A DNA stretch of 63,903 nucleotides, counting the filler, from Platydemus manokwari (Eukaryota), in NCBI GenBank assembly GCA_037951405.1. It is 6 parts of 6 records of this genome, joined end to end, with 100 filler letters (N's around TTAATTAATTAA, not from the genome) between each part and the next. Parts side by side here need not be neighbours in the genome. Positions count along the whole stretch, not along the records: positions 42,551 to 53,698 come from JBBMOY010875532.1; positions 53,799 to 63,903 come from JBBMOY011168658.1; 4 more parts are not named here. The stretch is one strand, 5' to 3'. The translations under genes were made by a program, and so were the position numbers. The notes beneath the pieces are model-generated. The model did no database searches. It had not been told where the DNA came from and was given only the letters and a program-made list of their open reading frames with translations. Numbering within the stretch: position 1 is the stretch's first letter; the number at the start of each line of letters is the position of its first letter. This document shows, piece by piece, positions 53,071 to 63,903 of this stretch.

Positions 53071-53698
53071 CTAAACAAAAACATCCACAATAAAGAAGAC
53101 TATGTGCAATCACTGGTTCTATGTATCTATCTCTCACAGTAATAGAATATATTGCTGAGTTTTGTCCAGATATTATATGTATAAACACGAGAAGCTCAGT
53201 TAAAAAACAATAAATTACTAGAAATAAATATGAAAATTATTAAATTCAAATTTATTTAAAGAGATTCAATTATAAAACCCAGTCACAGCGATCACTCTCA
53301 TGATGATATCATTTGTAAAATCGAGTAAATTTTCAATTCATGAAGGGGTGAATTGTTGAAACGAAATGAGCACTGTGTTCATGGCAATAATATTTATCAA
53401 AAAATATTTTTACTGTAAAATAGCAGCAATCAATGATATAATGACAGAGTAGAATAATATATTTATTTCATAACAGCAGGACATTATTATCATTTCTAGT
53501 TATCATTATAATGAATTATTATATCATTATCATTGTCGTTATTATTATTAACATTAAAATAATTATTAATAATTATCACATTTATTATAATTAAAATTGG
53601 TAATTATTCTTAATAAATTTAATTAGGTTGTAAATAAAGTTCGCGGACAAAATTGGAAATAAAAATTTGTTGTACATAAATTTATTTAAAACAACAAC

Positions 53699-53798
53699 NN
53701 NNNNNNNNNNNNNNNNNNNNNNNNNNNNNNNNNNNNNNNNNNTTAATTAATTAANNNNNNNNNNNNNNNNNNNNNNNNNNNNNNNNNNNNNNNNNNNN
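53699..53798. other. Assembly gap spacer
   Basis: N44-TTAATTAATTAA-N44. Confidence 0.98.
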
Positions 53799-55056
53799 TT
53801 ATTAATACTATAAATAATTTTCCTCAAAAGTTAGAAGATTTACTAAAACTCGATGGCGAATGGAATTTACTAGAATTTAGAAATTTATATGTATATGTCC
53901 TCATTTAAAATTTCCCACTATAAATATAAATAATAATAATAATAATGATTACTTTAGGCACCAACAAAACCAAAAGTAAATTTAAAAATGATTTCTTTTT
54001 TTCAGTTAAAGAGGGTTATGAAAGGTTAATAACACCAATAAAATGATTTTTAAGATTATAATAAATTTATTTGTAATATTAAAAAATCTTTTGTGATTTG
54101 TTTCGGACTTGTTGATATTGAATTTTTATTCTTATTAGTCTCAGATTTTTAACTTGTTGTAGGTCACTGTTAACTTGATCAGTCACTTTGAGTCCTAATC
54201 AAGTCCAAGGTACAATCTATTAAACATTATCGTTTTTGTTCACCTCGCATTTATGTATAAACGGAAACAATGAATTATGACTCAACTCTATCAGTCTCAA
54301 TATAATTTTATAACTATAACTATTAACTTCAATTAATGAACAGACAATTTGCTTATATAAAGCGTTTATTGATATAACAATTACTACAATTGAACACCGA
54401 ATATATAAAATATTACCACTAAACACCGAATATAAAGATAACAATGATTTTACAATAATGCAATTTATACAAAATTGACCTTGTCAGAATACTGGACAAG
54501 AACACGGTTAATAAACTCCTTCCCTCGGAGCAATACCACCTTTAAGAATTTTGAGATAAAACTCGATAGTATGAATATTCAAGATGGCAATAGTATTGGT
54601 CAGTTTTTTAAGCAAGAATATAATTCACGTTACAATGGCATGTACGAATCAAATCAACGGCAAATATGAGTGGCTTCTGACAAATATTATCTTTCTAAAA
54701 ATAAGTTTAATGGTTTCGATAAAATGGTCAAGGTTGTCATGTTTGACTCTCTATTTATACAATTTCAGAACTGGGTTTAAATCGTTCCGCTTTTTGGTTA
54801 AATTCAATTCAGTTTATTTTATTCCGAAGGGATTTGACTTTAAATTCAATAAATAAAAATTCTAACCGCAAGTTGGTATTGGGAATTAATTAATATTAAA
54901 TATCTTTTCTTTGTGGTCAGATTATTCGGTGGATTTTCTTTGAACTGATTTTTTGATCAAATTTGCATTAACGACTTCCTATGATCGTCCGAGTTGAAAT
55001 TCGTCTGCATTTTGATTTAGATCTGAACTTTCTATAATTTCTCTTGACTGTTCTTG

Positions 55057-55374
55057 CTATATGTACTGCTCTGCGTCATTCCAGAGTTGCTCGTACTCAA
55101 ATTGATCATTTATAAGCAATTCATTTTCTTGCATCTGAGTCTTGATCCATAATTGTTCTAAAAACATTTGATCTTCCTCCATTAAATTGTAGTCTTGTTG
55201 ATACGAAGATTCATTACTGATGCTCTCAATACTAAAAGAAGAAAGATTATCATGCATAATTGCTTGCACTTTATCAGAGTTCTGATTTTCTCTGAGCTCT
55301 TTAAATTCCCTCATTATTTTCTTCCAGAATTTATCTCTTTTCTGGGTGCGATAATAGTCTTCGGCCGATCTCAA
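55057..55374 (-). CDS. Charged, coiled-coil-like ORF downstream of the exonuclease (probably the same decayed unit)
   Basis: 105 open codons, Q/E/K-rich, same strand and composition as the exonuclease. Confidence 0.35.
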   Translation of the reverse strand: MRSAEDYYRTQKRDKFWKKIMREFKELRENQNSDKVQAIMHDNLSSFSIESISNESSYQQDYNLMEEDQMFLEQLWIKTQMQENELLINDQFEYEQLWNDAEQYI

Positions 55375-55493
55375 TTCGCATATTTTTCATCTGCATCTAA
55401 TTACTGTTTTCTCTGTGGGGTAATTTTCTTCGGCCCACTCAAAGATGTTAATGGTTTGCCTTTGCATTAAATCTTGTCTTGATATCTTCTCTC

Positions 55494-56010
55494 TTAGTTG
55501 TTTTCTACATTACCCATCCACTGGTCAATGACTTCGTTATAAATAACCATGACGACTTCAATGTCATCTGACATTTCCCCAAATTGAGGCATTTTCTTAT
55601 TCATTATCGCCGCATAGATATTCTTCAATTTTTCACTGTGATAAATATTCTTTTCTTGCATGAATCTGTTGATCGTTTGAGCTCCCTTGATGTCTCTTGT
55701 CCCCATAATTTCTTCTGTTAAAATTGATAGCTTTCATTTTCTTCTTTAAATCATATCCGATGATGATTTTCCCTTTTGTGAGTTCGATGACCTTCCTCTG
55801 AATTTCCTCAGAGTCCGTTGTCCCTCTGACTGCATACTCTCCGAATCCATTTTTATTACCACAATAATATTTAATTTCTCTTCTAGGACAATAGGTTTGG
55901 TCCAAGATCACTTTTCTTCTCTGATCTCTTATATTTGCTCATATTGGATACTCTTTTCCATTGAAGTCGATGGCAAATTTCACATCGAGATAATTTATGA
56001 AAACCTCTTT
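55494..56010 (-). pseudogene. Decayed REX4/ISG20-like DEDDh 3'-5' exonuclease domain
   Basis: YLDVKF (ExoI, E>K), EYPI*ANIRD, VILDQTYCP, EEIQRKVIELTKGKIIIGYDL (ExoII), frameshift, TRDI, KLKNI and SDDIEVVMVIY (ExoIII). Intronless, with one stop and one frameshift. Confidence 0.75.
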
Positions 56011-58045
56011 TCATACCTGTTGATATCATCCGGTTTTCTGATGAATGACATATGATTCTTCGCCTCATTGAATGGGAGTTTGTTAGGACTATTTGTTTAA
56101 AAAGGTTTTGTTTCTCTAAATTCCATGAATTCTTCTGGTTCGGGTCTAACATATTATACCAGAATTGTGTATGATATTTCTTTCGTTCTAATGTTCATTT
56201 TCTTATAACCTGGTTGGGAATTCTTCAAGGGTGTAAGATATATAGACGCAGATGCAAACGTCTCTAATTCGATTGTCTAATTTAGGCTTTTGGTCAAAAT
56301 TTCTGACTGGGTGCAATGGATATTGACCATAAATGGATTAAAGGCCAAACTGGGGGTTATGTCTCCTAACTCAAAACTGCCTTATTCATAAAATGAACAA
56401 CTACGGTTGTTCGTAATTGTTGAGATACTAATTTTATCTGGTTGGGAAAATCTGTTATTTTTTCGAATATTCTTCTGCCTATTCCAAACGGTGTTTTCCT
56501 TTTCTCTGACTTGATGTCCGCATATGATCTTCAGGGAAAATATTGAATAATTGCGGTTAATGGTTCAATTGCTTTGGGGTACAAGATTAACAACAAATAA
56601 AAATTAACACCAATAACTTGTCTGTTCGCTGATTGAAAATTTGGATCAGAATTATGAACATTATAAGGTTTAGGACCGCTTTTATATGTTTTTTGCGCTT
56701 GATTTTGATTGGTTGTTACTTTATAGGTTACTTTTTCATTGGATGAAACTTTCGGGGTAATATTCCTATTTGTTTTTCCTATTATTTTATTTGCCAAGGA
56801 CTTTTTAATTACACAAAATAATTTATTTACGTCACATGCATTAATCACCATCCTATAATTTGTCCATTTTATATTTACAAAAATTGAGTTCCATATTTAT
56901 ACCATAAATAAAAAGATTATTTATTTCAATTGATATTTACATAAATTAGCTTTACTAAATATTGTTTTATATAAGAAGTTTCCATATTCCGGCTGATATT
57001 TACAAACATTATTTTTTTAATAACGTTAAATGATTAAGGAGTTTACAATAATAACTTTTTATGTATAAATTCATTTTTTCCTTTAATTGCTATAAACTAA
57101 CTTCTCATACATGGAGATTATATTTACAATATATTTTGTACAGACTATAATCTATGCTCATCACCATTATGGTGGTTAAACTTGAGATAACTGTTCCTAC
57201 TAATACTATGTTTGGGGTGATTTCATTTAAGGGTTTTTACTGCTTACTTTTCTACTTAGTTGGGTTAATTTAATGTCACTTGTTGTTCGTGTGATCCTTT
57301 TCATTGTTTCGATAAAGGGTTTCATTGTTTCCCTTCTTATTACAATGTATTCTGAGACTATTCGCTCTCTATGAATTATGAGCTTGGAGTTACTTTTCTC
57401 ATAGTATCAAAAATTTATACTTGTGAGGTTTCTTATGTAAAATTTATGGGTTATGATTCCTTCAACTGAATTTATTTTATATTGATGTTCATTCAAATGT
57501 CCTCTCTGATGATGATTTTCCCAAACGATTTTTATTTCGTGCAATAATTTTTCTATAAATGTTTTCTGGAGTAATTCTGGGGTTTGTGCTATCATGATTA
57601 TGATGTCATTTTCTTTTCTAATCTCTATTTCGAAAATTAACTTTCCATTCTTGCTTATCAACTCTTCCCATTTCACTGTTATTGTTATTTCTTCTAACTT
57701 CTTCTTACATTTTTGACCATATCCATGATGACACTTTATTATAAATTCTATCCTATTATTTTCATACTTAACATGTACTTCCTTTAAATCCCTCAGTTTT
57801 CTCTAATTACATTGTTGTTGGCAACTTATCATGGCTATATTGTTTTCTATCGTTATGAAGTACGATAGGATAAATTCTTTTCTCCTTTCACATGATAATT
57901 TTGTGACTTCTTTTACCATCATTGTTGATGTATTCTTAATGGTTTTCGATGTTGTAATATTTTCACTATATTCGGCAATATGATCTTAAAACTTTGATAT
58001 TTTTGCTTCATTAATCAATTCAGACCTATTAACTTTATCAGTTGC

Positions 58046-58291
58046 ATGGTTTATAAATTTGATAATAGTTCTGTAAATAATATGAGAGATGTTCAACAAA
58101 TGATTAGTGATAAAGAACGAATTTATGATAGAAAATATATTAATGAGGAGGGTGATAGTATGAAGGGTAATTTAGAGTTAAAATATTATAGAATAACAAA
58201 CTTGGGTAATCCAAAACATGAAACAGATGCTGTTAATAAGAAATATCTTGAAAAATATATCAATAAAATTAAACAGTATTTTGAGAAATAA
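58046..58291 (+). CDS. Short ORF with a phage tail-fibre/adhesin-stalk-like motif
   Basis: GDSMKGNLEL-x3-RITNLGNP-x4-DAVNKKYLE matches the GDxMxGxL...IxNLxxP...DAxxKxYV pattern of trimeric fibre proteins. Confidence 0.6.
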   Translation: MVYKFDNSSVNNMRDVQQMISDKERIYDRKYINEEGDSMKGNLELKYYRITNLGNPKHETDAVNKKYLEKYINKIKQYFEK

Positions 58292-59082
58292 ATTGGCAAA
58301 ATTAATAATAACTTGAGGATTTCTACTTATATATCAAGTGTTAGATCTGGCTTAATGAAAGATAGCAAACAGATAAACTTGATTCTTCATGTAAATCGAT
58401 AATTACTATGGTGAATGATAATAAAAAAATGAATGAAAAAGAAATAAAATCAATCTTGGAAAAATTTAAAAATTTAAAATTCATAGAAGGATAAACAGAT
58501 GAAGATTTTATAGAAATGATGAAGAGGAGGGAAATCAGAAGAAAGATAATAATCTCCTTTAAAATAATATTGATATTAAAATATTGAAGAAAGCTATATC
58601 AGATCTACGAAAACCAACTAATAGTAATAATTTTGATGAGTGGGAGGGGAAAGAAAATTAGCCTAATCAAAGTAGGGAGAGAATAATATTAATTGTTATA
58701 TAAATAAGTATCTGGTTTTTAATGGTAATTCACCAAAAAATTAAAGAATACATAATTGGAATCATAAATTTATTTTCAGAAAATTATCCCGACTTGTTGT
58801 ATTATTAAATTTTATATTTTATTGAATAAAAAGGAGGATCCAAAACTTTATCCAAATCCGCGTTCGCCGATGAATACGTCGATTCCTGATAATTTTATTA
58901 ATCCAAGTAATCCACTAGACTCGCAGATTATCAGTCCAACTTATCTGGGTTATGAAAATGATATCATAATTTACCAAAATTACTATGTTATTAGAGACAA
59001 ATGAAAGGGGTAAATAATTGATTCAAGATGAAACATTTATCTTCGAAATATTTAGAGTTATATTTCCTAATTCAAATATATT

Positions 59083-59582
59083 CTATCCACTTCCTTGCAC
59101 TCTCAATAAATCATTATCCAATTGTTCGGGAAAATCTTTTATTATTTCCATTAGGTTTTCTTCCCTAATATTTTCCAATCCAAATTTTAATATTAAGTCT
59201 GTAAAGAATTTTATTGTTGTATATTCAGTTTCTTGGGTATTTGGATCTATTTTTTGTAATAATAATTTGATCATTATTTATGATTTGAATATTTAAGAAA
59301 TTCTAATATTTCATTAAACTCTTCTGAAATATGAGAAATTATATTTTTGATTGGATACAATTTTTTATAAATTTCATGGGTTTTGTAAATATCACCCATA
59401 GTTGATGAACACGAAACTTCATTAGTTGTATTATTGTTATTGTTTTCATTATTAATAGAAGCATTATATTTCGCTATATGTTTTTTTGATTTTTCATAGG
59501 CTTTAAGAGCCTGAATCGTTTTAAACGTTGTATCGTAAATTTGGCATTTATGTACGTACATATTTACGTATACTTTTTTCAA
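59083..59582 (-). pseudogene. ORF with a degenerate matrin/U1-type zinc finger, split by a stop or frameshift
   Basis: HKCQIYDTTFKTIQALKAYEKSKKH is Cx2C...Hx2SKKH with C>Y and H>Y; abuts ORF 59083-59274. Confidence 0.55.
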
Positions 59583-59585
59583 TGG

Positions 59586-59655
59586 TTTTTGTAATTTTCT
59601 AGTTTTTGTAATTTTCTAGTTTTTGAAATTTTCTGGTGTTCTAGTTTTGTAATTT
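59586..59655. repeat. 17-bp tandem repeat (tttttgtaattttctag) x3 plus partial copies
   Basis: Seen directly between the divergent zinc-finger and integrase frames. Confidence 0.85.
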
Positions 59656-59739
59656 GTTTTTTAAAAAATGTTTTTTATTCTTTATAATATCATATTTGAG
59701 GTTTATGCAACCAAGGACTGATGTTCACTACTACTTTTG

Positions 59740-60330
59740 GATATTATCAATTAAAATTAGGCTACCAACGAAAGAAACCAAAATTATTATTATCTTAAAA
59801 TATTTATTGCTATCGAGAAAATACATATTGATATTTGTGGACTATGGTAAGAATCGATTCGAGGAAAAAAATATAAGGTAGGCATTATAGACCAATTTAG
59901 AAGATATATATCACTTATACCAATAAGTAAACGGAATGAAGAAATCATAGAAAAAGCGATTCAAAATCAATGGATTTTAAAATACGGTGACCAAAAGGAA
60001 TACATGTGGATTGTGGTAAATGAATCACAAAGAATTAAAGAGATGACGTTTAAAATGGGAGCGAATATAATATTTTCCAGTCCATATCAACATAATACGA
60101 AATGATTGATCGGATGACAATTTAGAAAGCCAAGAGATTATATAAATGCGATAGTAAAAGATAGACAACACATAAACTGGATCGAATACACATTGAACGC
60201 TGCAGTACAATAAAGAATTGATGTTAGTCTGGTAGAAGTAATATTTGGGAAGAAAATAGATAGATCACAATGGTATTCCAAAAGTAAATTAGATAGAGAA
60301 GAAATCAAACGAAACATTGACTTCTTTTGT
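59740..60330 (+). mobile_element. Decayed retroviral-type (rve) integrase core
   Basis: KYILIFVDY, AIQNQWILKYG, IIFSSPYQHNTK*LIG*QFR (NGLIERQFR-like), IEYTLNA and EVIFGKKI; several stops and deletions. Confidence 0.8.
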
Positions 60331-61579
60331 TCAAACATCAAGCGAGGTAAATGCAACTTATAATCTTAATAACGGTTCATATTTTTTAATATGAACTTTT
60401 GAAAAAGTTGGAACGTTAGTGTTCATATTGAACAGGATTGATTATATTTATAAAATAATTTAATAGATTTATTAATAAACTAAAATTGTTCTTTGTTTTG
60501 TTTTACGAAACAAATGGGTTAAAATTAAGATAATGAAGCATATAATAAAACAGTTGATCTCATCATCATTTTAAAATCACAAAAGCTTTTTATCATTTTA
60601 TGAAAGACATTTGTGTGGTACTTTGTTATGAGTATAATTATCTAAGCTTCTCTAAAACAATGATTGAAAAGATTTTGAGATGAATAGGTCACCACAAACC
60701 ATTTTTAAGATAATTATATAATTTTAATAATACGATTAAACTGTCCAGTGTTTTGCTAAATAATACCAATTAAGATGACGCCTAATTTTTTAAAAATGAT
60801 ACTTATATTGTGATTTGATAAACCAATATGATTTGAGATATTTTTAAAATCATTTCTGTATATGCTATTGTTTGATCACCTAGACAGTCAATATACAATG
60901 ATGGTGATTTGATTCTTGTAAAAATAATGACATAAAAAGTATAAAAATCTTACAACAAAACTTGAATAGGATTGCTAAAAGTAGGAGTCCAATCATAAAT
61001 AGAAACAAAGCGGTCACTGTAAATGACTTGATCACATTGATATCCAATAGATCAAAACAACTCACATAAGGCAATAATCCAACCAAATAGTTTCTCTAGA
61101 ATCAAACCAATTAAATTTTTATAAATAATTGATTTTATCACATCTTATTTTGACATCATAATTCATAGAAATGTTGTGTGCCAATTTAAACAGCGTATTT
61201 TCTATTAAAAGGGTCAATTAGATTACATTAATGATGATGATGAGTCAGAGCCATTTCAATTCAATTTGGTTTTAACCAGCATCCGTATGTAAATGGATTT
61301 CTGTTTTATCTCATCATGTGACACGAAATATTTTCAATAATTTATTGATCATGGAAAACATTTAACAAAAAATTTTTCAAATATAAGAATAAAAATAAAA
61401 GACACACCTCATTTGTTGTTCACTATTTGAATACCAGATAGTAATTTATTGAGAATATAATACATTGTGTTTATTTATAATAATGACAGAAATTCAATTG
61501 CAGATCAATCATGTCGCTGATAAATCACGTAATAATTTGTGAATATTATCACGAATAATATAACATGGATAAAATCATG

Positions 61580-61660
61580 ATTATTGTTATCATCGTTCTT
61601 ATTTTTATTATTATGCTTATTATCATTATTACTGTTTTTATTATTATTATTATTATTACT
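61580..61660. repeat. Imperfect (ATT)n tract
   Basis: Run of tta/ttg/tca triplets ending in a perfect (TTA)n. Confidence 0.8.
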
Positions 61661-63429
61661 ACAATTGTCAACTTTTATATATTTTCTAATTCCAATGCGT
61701 ATTCGACAGACAGGCATGTTTCTTAGAGATTTTCACTTATCAGTTTCCAATACACCGTTTCATAATCAGCTGATTCCAATCCAACGGCTACTGGATTGAT
61801 TTGCATTGTAATTTACTCGAATTGTTATCTTTAAATCTCATAACCATATCACCATATCATTCTTAATATTTTCGATTTACATTAAGATTTAAAAATATTT
61901 ATCAATAAAATAATAAACTTGCCTGATTGGTTCTTCATGACTTGTATTTGCGATAAAAAATTATCTAGAATATAAATAATAATTTATTTGGCAATCCAAG
62001 ATAGAATAAAACATGCGATAATAAATGATTTATATACACATTATTTCACCTATTTTACTTCCTGAATCTTCTGTTCACTTCAAAAGCCGATCTGCATATT
62101 TATTATCAATCAATTATAGCAATGAAACGTCATAATCATTAATAATTTTAATTAAAGTAATTAATTAAATATTATATTGATTAATTAATAAAATTTATGT
62201 TAATGATAACAGTGAATAAAATCACCCCTTGTAACGTTTGCTAGATCCATGAGAATCTGTCTGGCAACTTAGGATTAGCTGGGAGATCAGTTTAATATTT
62301 CTCGTTTTTAATGGTTCCAAGAGATCGTCCTATACATCTCTGTACCTGGATAATGATGAGGCCTATGGTTGGCCATAATAGAACTTATTTTTAAACAAAA
62401 GGTAATTCATTTATTTATTTATTATATCTTGATGTTATTAATCATTAGCTTTTCCAGAAGTTGTCGTCAAACTCCTGTCGTTTAAGTGTATAAAAGCATT
62501 CGTAAATTTTGTATTAAGTATATAACTGTATTTTAATAGCAATAAAACTGTATTTAAAAAAATCGCTTCAATAGTGATAATTGAAGTGACATAAAGTGAC
62601 ATTTCATGTAAAATTACCTCTAGTATCAATTTATTATCTTTTACTAAGGCTCGATCTAGACAAATAGGAATAAAAAGTCCTAATCTGTGTAATAGAGGTG
62701 GTCGAGACGAAAAAACATTGCATTATTATGTTCGTGATTACCCGTGGGTCATTAGAGCTCCAGAGTACTGATTGGACTCAGTAATTGTCAAATAGTGCCA
62801 ATAATAATTGTAATAACAAAAATAAAAAAAAATAAACCAAAGACCGAAAAAAGCGATACATATTTCGGTAAAGCCGACATCATATGTGTAATTATATCGC
62901 TTTATAAACAATACAAGTCGTTACTATTCTAAAAACCACACAATGAAAACGAAGTGAAAAGTGAAGACATCAAATTACATTTAAATACAATGATTAAAAC
63001 AAATAAATATAATTTTATATAAAAATCTTTAAAAATTTAATCCATTTAAAAATTCTAAAACAAGACGAATCAAACATGTCATCAGAACTTATATTTAACT
63101 AAATTATCGATTTATCATTTTCATTAAAGTATTGATTTAATGCATACAATGTACGTGTTAATTTTATATATCGTTAATAATTTTGTTACTAAAATAAATA
63201 AATTTAAAGTTTTATTAAAACTTATTTTAATGGTATAAAATAGCGGTTAGATTCGTTCCAAATAGGTTGTAAAAGTAAAACATAAAAAATGTCAGAATAG
63301 TTATCAGCAGAATATCGAAACAATAAATATTTTATACAAATGATTATATGGAAATGAAAAATTGTAAAGATAAGAATAACATCTGGTTAGCCATACAAAG
63401 TGTGAATGTTTTCTTAAAATCTTGTTTAG

Positions 63430-63903
63430 TTATCTCAAAGAATTTTGTAAAAATTTGTGGTTAAGCAAATCATCTACAGTTGTTCTCAATAAAAAATTTG
63501 GAATCAGGCAACGATTGATAAAATCTTCCAAATCTCTTTCACACTGAAAATGTCCTTCCGGTAATTTATAATCTATTCTTCGAAAAAGTTTGATTTTGTT
63601 GAAAATATCGATTTCTTCTTTACCATTGAATGGAGGAATGCCTTATTAATTCAATATATAAATATCGATGATATTAAATAATTTGATACCTGTTGCTATG
63701 GCAATCATTGTTGCTCCAAACGACCATATGTCTGATTGAATCACATATGGTTGCTTATTACATACCTCTGGAGCCATATATCGGCTCGACAACTCATTCG
63801 ATTCTCCCGTCCTTTTTAATGTGAAGGATTTATCTGAATCATGTTCGTATTTTGATACACCGAAGCTAGATAATTTTAAATCACCATTTTTATCAACCAA
63901 AAT
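63430..63903 (-). CDS. Protein kinase C-lobe, STE/MAP3K-like, 5'-truncated by the window (exons >63903-63690, 63641-63430)
   Basis: LKLSSFGVS, YMAPE and SDIWSFGAT. A 48-nt phase-1 GT-AG intron (63642-63689) gives TG-IPPF...LEDFINRCL...RTTVDDLLNHKFL. Confidence 0.9.

Noticed and set aside
61665-61800. Minus-strand YWKLISENL...ALELEN resembling a geminin coiled coil
   Set aside because: YWK-to-EN spacing is wrong for geminin/MCIDAS and the frame has stops.
1-63903. tRNA, rRNA, snRNA, CRISPR arrays or prokaryotic operons
   Set aside because: No cloverleaf, rRNA-like tract or repeat-spacer array seen; the genes are spliced eukaryotic genes.

Overview
Very AT-rich eukaryotic scaffold, most likely animal (torsin, ELP6, 41-82 nt GT-AG introns). 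It is made of six contigs joined by five 100-nt N spacers with a TTAATTAATTAA core, so adjacency across spacers is not proven. Hand-spliced intact genes: a dienelactone-hydrolase-family gene (+, 8875-9656), ELP6 (-, 20964-21661), a secreted His/Glu/Pro-repeat protein (-, 22938-23927), a six-exon torsin (-, 26403-27674) and the 3' part of a STE-like kinase with SFG instead of DFG (-, 63430-end). There is also an intronless two-RING ORF whose frame continues past one TGA (+, 47637-49256). Most of the rest is decayed mobile DNA: two copies of a TAA-flanked TIR element, a Gypsy remnant with an env-like frame, and LINE/integrase fragments. Best candidates for something undescribed: (1) a decayed cassette at about 54-60.4 kb combining a REX4-type DEDDh exonuclease, a phage-tail-fibre-like motif, a zinc finger and an rve integrase; (2) a structured, GC-richer ~300-nt leader in front of a decayed ~580-codon Cys-rich ORF at 45.3-47.3 kb; (3) a ~230-bp inverted duplication next to the ELP6 3' end. 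All family calls come from reading motifs by eye; no searches were run.
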